A DNA stretch of 64,000 nucleotides, taken from positions 1,472,001 through 1,536,000 of the forward strand of contig CAWAUV010000008.1 of NCBI GenBank assembly GCA_963785305.1, in the 5' to 3' direction. Positions 58,781 through 64,000 of the stretch are shown one piece after another. The position numbers and the translations under genes are program-made. Positions within the stretch are counted from its first letter, which is position 1, and every line of letters starts with the position of its first letter. The notes under the pieces are model-generated. The model had not been told where the DNA came from and did no database searches. It saw only the letters and a program-made list of their open reading frames with translations. The stretch comes from an uncultured Planctomycetaceae bacterium. Its GTDB lineage: Bacteria > Planctomycetota > Planctomycetia > Pirellulales > PALSA-1355.

Positions 58781-58848
58781 TAAGCGCCAATAAACGGCAA
58801 TGAACGCGCCTAAACGTTAGTAAAAGGGCTGGCGTTTACTAGCGTTTA
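58781..58848. repeat. AT-rich element: 10-bp phased TAAACG-like units plus a 14-bp inverted repeat
   Basis: TAAGCGCCAA TAAACGGCAA TGAACGCGCC TAAACGTTAG TAAA...; 58811-58824 pairs with 58835-58848 (13/14). Confidence 0.6.
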
Positions 58849-59134
58849 TTTTTCCGAATCGGGACTTTTCAATGGGTTACGGCCGATTGGAATAGGGATT
58901 TCTCTCCTGCTGTTGCCGCCGCGGCGCGACCCCTTTCTTGATGTCCTGCCGGATTGCGCGACTTGGGAAAGCTAGCACGGATTCGTTTTTCGTAAATAAA
59001 ATGTCTCAGAAATTTTTCTCAGAATGCGCGCCGCCTCTGCGGGCGTTGGCCCGGTCGGCGCATGCAGCCGGGGAAGCGGCGATCCGTGAACCCCAGCCGC
59101 GCGAACCGCCCCTTGGCGTGAGCCAAGCGCCTGT

Positions 59135-60662
59135 ATGCCGCAATACGCGCGAATTATTGCGAAGGCGGGCGTCGGATTGTCCTCACCGGCACGGCGGAGC
59201 CCGCCGGCATCCTGGGCTTTGTGGGAAGCGTGCAGGGATCTTCGACGCCGAGTTCGGCAAGGCTTGGGCGGAATTGAGCGGACCATTCGCGAGAGCGATG
59301 GCGCAGCGCTTGTCCCGGGCTGGAGCGCCCACGACCTGACGGACCCCGCCGCGCGGCAACGCCTCGAGGCGCTCGGCGCGGAACTCGCGCGCGCCCCGGC
59401 CTCGCATGGCCTTGCGCAGAACCTGATCGATTACCTGCGCCATGCGCCGGTCGTCGACCTGCGCAGCATCCGCCCGATCGCGCTGGCGAGACTATGGGCC
59501 GCCCCGCCGGACCACGCCGTAGAATTGTTTCTGGCCGCGGCGCGAGAGGGCGTCGCGGCGATGGGATGGGAGCTGCTCTGCCCGCGCTGCCGCGGCGCGA
59601 AGTCACGCGCGAGCCGACTTCAGGACCTGCCCAAAGGCGCGCATTGCGCCTCCTGCAACATCGACTACGAGCGCAATTTCAGCCGCAACGTCGAGCTGAC
59701 TTTCCATCCCGCGCCCGTGGACTCCCCTCCCGGACGGCGAGATGTGCCTGCTCGGCCAGGGCGCTGCACGGCACATTAAGTTTCAGGGCGAGGTTGCGGC
59801 GCGCTCCGCCAAGGGTTTCGACCTGGCATTGGCGCCCGGCCCCTATCGCTTTCGCACCGTCGAGGCTGGCGGCGAGGCTGATAGCGACATCGGCGCGGAC
59901 GGCGCCATCCCGACGCTTGTGGCGCGCGCCGGTGAGATTGTGCTCGAGCAGGCGAGCAGCGGAAACGAGCTTTCGATCCGTAACGAGACCGACAAGTCGC
60001 TCGTCTTCGTCGTCGAGAACCGCAATTGGGCCAGCGACGCTCTGACGGGCGACCGCGTGATCGCCATGCCCGCTTTCCGCCGGCTTGCGCCCGAGCAATT
60101 GCTGCGCCCCGGCGACAATGCCGAGATCGGCTGGATCGCCATCATGTTCACCGATCTCAAGGGCTCGACCGAAATCTACGACGCGCTCGGCGACGCCCCC
60201 GCCTACAACCTTGTTCGCGACCATTTTTCGTTCCTCGCAGACCGGGTGCAGCGCAATCATGGCTTCGTGGTCAAGACAGTGGGCGATGCGGTGATGGCAG
60301 CCTTCTCTCGTCCCGATCACGCCGTCTGCGCGGCGCTCGCGATCCAGGACGAGGTCGCGAGCTTCAACTCCGCGCGAGAAGGCGCGACCCCGATCGTTTT
60401 GAAGCTCGGCCTTCATGCCGGGCCTTGCATCGCGGTCACGACAGGGGACGTGCTCGACTATTTCGGCGCGACGGTGAATGTCGCGGCGCGTCTCGAAAAC
60501 CAGTGCCGCGGCGGCGAGGTGATTGTGTCGGAGGACGTGGCGCGAGACGCCGAAACCACGGCGGCGCTCATGGATCGGGTGCAGCTCGAGGAAACGGCGA
60601 TGCTGCGCGGCGTCAGCGCGCCGGTCCGGTTCGTCCGGATTATGGGCCGGCGCGGAGAATAG
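59135..60662 (+). CDS. Class III adenylate/guanylate cyclase with DUF5939-like zinc-ribbon domain; frameshift near 59720; start uncertain
   Basis: LLCPRC...HCASCNIDY...NVELTF; IMFTDLKGST, VVKTVGDAVMAAF, LKLGLHAG, DYFGATVNVAARL. Confidence 0.85.
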
Positions 60663-61719
60663 GACGGCGAAACCAGGAGTTCGCGCCGCTCACTCCGCGG
60701 GCTGCCACGGCTCCAAGCGGCGGCGCGACTGCTGAGCGCGGCGCTTCCGCCTTCCCTTCCTGCGCCCAGCGCCGCGCCAGCACGGCGCAGACCATGAGCT
60801 GCATCTGGTGGAAGAGCATGGTCGGCAGGAGGATCATGCCGAGGTCCGGGCCGGGGAACAGCACGCCCGCCATCGGCACGCCGGCGGCGAGGCTCTTCTT
60901 CGAGCCGCAGAAGACGATGGCGATCGTGTCCTCGCGGTTGAAGCCGAGCGTCTTCGCGGCGTAGCGGGTGGCGAACAGCATGAAGGCCAGAACCAGAGCC
61001 TCGATGACGATCATGATTGCGAAGCCGCTCATCGGCAGCGCGCGCCAAAGCCCGGCGCTGACCGCGTGGCCGAAGGCGCCATAGACGACGAGCAGGATCG
61101 AGCCCCGATCGGTCGCGGAGAGGATCGCCTTGTGGCGCAGGACGAAGCCGCCGATCCACGGCCGCAACAATTGGCCCGCGATGAGCGGCGCAACCAGGAG
61201 GAGGGCGATCTCGCGGATCGCGTCGCCGGTCGGCGCGCCGCCGCGCGCGGAGGCGAAAACGCCGACGAGCAGCGGCGTCGCCAATGCGCCGATGAGGCTC
61301 GACAGCGTCGCCGAGCACATCGCCGCCGGAACATTGCCGCCGGCGATCGAGGTGAAGGCGAGCGAGGACTGGATCGTCGAGGGCAGGAGGCAGAGATAGA
61401 GCATGCCCAAAGCGAGCGGGCCGGGCACGAGCCATTGCGGCAGAGCATGAAAGAGCAGGAGGCCGACGAGCGGGAACAGGACGAAGGTGGACGCCAGCAC
61501 CAGCGCGTGCAGGCGCCAATGCGCGATGCCCGCGATCACGTTCGAAGTCGCCAGACGCGCGCCATAGAGGAAGAACATGAAGGCGATCGCGACGTCGGTC
61601 GCGATCTTCACCGGCAGCTCGAACGCCGCCGCCGGCGGGGCGAAGCTCGCCAGCGCGACGGTCGCGACGAGAAGCAGGGTGAACGTGTCGGGGGCGAAGC
61701 GGGAGAGGGTCTGGCGCAT
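60640..61719 (-). CDS. Bile acid:sodium symporter family (YfeH/SBF-like) transporter
   Basis: FFLYGARL, LPSTIQSS.AFTSIAGGN, FCGSKKSLA.G.PM, FHQMQLMVC. Confidence 0.9.
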   Translation of the reverse strand: MRQTLSRFAPDTFTLLLVATVALASFAPPAAAFELPVKIATDVAIAFMFFLYGARLATSNVIAGIAHWRLHALVLASTFVLFPLVGLLLFHALPQWLVPGPLALGMLYLCLLPSTIQSSLAFTSIAGGNVPAAMCSATLSSLIGALATPLLVGVFASARGGAPTGDAIREIALLLVAPLIAGQLLRPWIGGFVLRHKAILSATDRGSILLVVYGAFGHAVSAGLWRALPMSGFAIMIVIEALVLAFMLFATRYAAKTLGFNREDTIAIVFCGSKKSLAAGVPMAGVLFPGPDLGMILLPTMLFHQMQLMVCAVLARRWAQEGKAEAPRSAVAPPLGAVAARGVSGANSWFRRPILRAGP

Positions 61720-61781
61720 GATGGCGCCGAATATGCCGCAGCTTGCGCTCATTCGGAATGACGTTCTCCATGGTTTCAGTT

Positions 61782-61796
61782 ATCATGGTTCGTGAT
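61782..61796. promoter_or_regulatory. LysR-type T-N11-A binding palindrome
   Basis: ATCA-TGGTTCG-TGAT between the divergent transporter and LysR genes, overlapping the LysR start. Confidence 0.5.
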
Positions 61797-62762
61797 GACA
61801 GAGACCTACGATCCCGATCTGCTCGTGACCTTCCTGGCGGTGGCCGAGACCGGGTCGTTCTCGGAAGCCGCGCGGCGGCGGGGCCTGCGCCAGTCGACGG
61901 TGAGCCAGCAGGTGCGCCGGCTCGAAGCGGAGACGCGCCGGCGTCTGTTCGATCGCGACACCCACAACGTCTCGCTGACCGTCGACGGGCAGGCTTTGAC
62001 CGTGCTCGCGGGCGAGATCCTCGCCGCTTATTCGCGGGCCGAGCGCTATTTCTCGAACGCCGAGCTCAGGGGCCGGGTCCGCTTCGGCGCCTCGGAGGAT
62101 TTCGCCCTGTCGAGCCTCCTGCCGCAGGTCCTGCGCGCGTTTGCGTCGCGGCACCCTCAGGTCGACATCGAGATGACGGTCGGGCTCGCCGCCGATCTCT
62201 ATTCAGGCATGGACGAGGGCGCGCTCGATCTCATTTTCGCCAAGCGGCGGGCGGGCGACGGGCGCGGCCACATCGTGTGGCGCGAAGAGATGGTCTGGAT
62301 CGCGGCGCCGGACTGGCGGCGGGACCCTGAGCGGCCGCTGCCGCTCGTCCTCTATCCGCCGCGCAGCATCACCCGCGAGGCGGTTCTGGCGGCGCTCGAG
62401 AAAGGCGAATGTCTCCTGGCGCATCGCCTGCACCTGCGGCTCGCTGTCCGGGCCTGGTCGGCGCCGTTCTGGGCGGCCTCGGAATTGGCGCGCAATCGGC
62501 GCGTCTCAAGGCGGAAGGAACGGTCGCCGTCGGCCCCGAGGCCGGGCTGCCGCCGCTCGGCGAGACGGAATTCGTCGTCGTGCCCGCGCTCGGCCGGCCG
62601 AGCGCGCCGGTTCAGGCGATGGCCGACACGATCCTCGAGTTCGGCCGCGCTTTCGAGGCCCAGGGCCGCTTTAGAATTGCACCGCAAGGACCGGAGTTCG
62701 GGCGCTTAACGATGGGCGTAGTCGGGAGACAAGACAAACCCCGGAGCCCTGCTTATGTTTAG
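61792..62762 (+). CDS. LysR family transcriptional regulator; frameshift near 62410, end approximate
   Basis: LVTFLAVAETGSFSEAA..GLRQSTVSQQVRRLE..LFDR. Confidence 0.92.
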
Positions 62763-63842
62763 CCCCATGACCGAAACGGCACAGGCCGGCGCCGCACGGG
62801 CGCAGGCTCGCGACGAGGAGCGCTGGCAGGCGGTCAAGCGCCGCGACCCCGCGTTCGACGGCAAGTTCCTGTTCGCCGTGCGCACGACGGGCGTCTATTG
62901 CCGCCCGAGCTGCGCCTCGCGGCCGGCGAAGCGCGAGAACGTCTCCTTCTTCCAGACCGGCGCGGAAGCGGAGAAGGCGGGCTACCGCGCCTGCAAGCGC
63001 TGCCGTCCCGACAGGCTCGGCGCGCCCGATCCGCAAGTTCAGGCGGTCGCCCAAGCCTGCGAACGGATCGAGCGGCGGAGGAGGCGCCCAAGCTCGCCGA
63101 GCTTGCCGCGCGCGCGGGCTTGAGCCCCTACCACTTCCATCGCGTCTTCAAGGCGATCACGGGCGTGACGCCGAAGGCCTATGCGGCCGGGACGCGGGCG
63201 CGCCGCGCCGCCGACAAGCTGCGCACGGCGGAGACGGTCACGGAGGCGATCTATGATGCGGGCTTCAACTCCTCGAGCCGCTTCTACGAGAACACCGATG
63301 CGCGGCTCGGCATGACGCCAGGCGCGGTGCGCCGCGGCGGGGCAGGGGTTCTCATTCGCTTCGCGGTCGGCGAGGCCTCGCTCGGCGCGGTGCTGGTCGC
63401 GGCGACCGACAAGGGCGTCTGCGCCATCACGCTCGGCGACGATCCCGACGCCCTCGTGCGCGATTTGCAGGACCGCTTTCCGAATGCGGATTTCGAAGGC
63501 GGCGACGCCGAATTCGAGCGCATGGTCGCGGAGGTCGTCGGTCTTGTCGAGGCGCCGGGTCAGCGGCTCGATCTTCCGCTCGACATCCGCGGCACCGCGT
63601 TCCAGCAAAAGGTGTGGGCGGCGCTGCAAGCGATCCCGCCCGGCAGGACGGCGACCTATACGGAGATCGCCCGCGCGATCGGCCAGCCAAAAGCCGTGCG
63701 CGCGGTCGCGCAGGCCTGCGGCGCCAATCCGCTCGCGGTCGCGATCCCCTGCCATCGCGTGGTGCGGTCGGACGGCGATCTCTCCGGCTATCGCTGGGGC
63801 GTCGAGCGCAAGCGCAAGCTGATCGAGCGGGAGGCGGCGTGA
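62755..63842 (+). CDS. ada: Bifunctional regulator / O6-methylguanine-DNA methyltransferase Ada; frameshift near 63070
   Basis: TTGVYCRPSC, RACKRC, AraC-type HTH (LSPYHFHRVFK), active site IPCHRV. Confidence 0.96.
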
Positions 63843-63899
63843 TGAAGGCCCGCGCCCCGACGCCTCTGTTCGAGCAAGCCCTCGCCGCGCCCCTTCAAA

Positions 63900-63997
63900 C
63901 CCTCACCCCTACCCCTCTCCCCGGGGGAGAGGGGACGACGGCGCCTCCGCTCCCCTTCGAGCCCTCACCCCTACCCCTCTCCCCGAGGGAGAGGGGG
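63900..63997 (+). repeat. Two tandem REP-like palindromes (CCCTCACCCCTA...CCCTCTCCC-loop-GGGAGAGGG)
   Basis: Copies at ~63900-63934 and ~63962-63997, same core as 38883-38915. Confidence 0.8.
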
Positions 63998-64000
63998 CAA

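Overview
High-GC bacterial sequence with many single-base indels, consistent with unpolished long-read or metagenomic data; many real genes are split across frames. The window looks like two different genomes joined at about 40,405. Left part (1-40.4 kb) is Planctomycetota-like: a DUF1501 / DUF1549-DUF1553 / cytochrome c-WD40 operon, a repeat-flanked AT-richer insert carrying an IscA/HesB-like lipoprotein and an intact IS3 element, a BBP7-like beta-barrel followed by a 2,000-aa Ig-repeat surface protein, two sulfatases, a heparinase II/III-like protein, a YhaO/YhaN-like nuclease-ATPase pair, DinB, a Tat-exported Gfo/Idh/MocA oxidoreductase and a 4-ACT aspartokinase. Right part (40.4-64 kb) is Hyphomicrobiales (Alphaproteobacteria)-like: ClC, purEK, tRNA-Met, Flp pilin, tilS-cpoB-pal with a CtrA box, TPP riboswitch-thiCOSGED, DUF3095, tandem DUF2380, mutS, LysE, an adenylate cyclase, an SBF transporter, LysR and ada. 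The join is an in-frame fusion of a truncated ClC gene to a truncated aspartokinase gene with no mobile-element signature, most likely a read or assembly chimera. Domain and family names come from recognising motifs by eye; no database searches were run.
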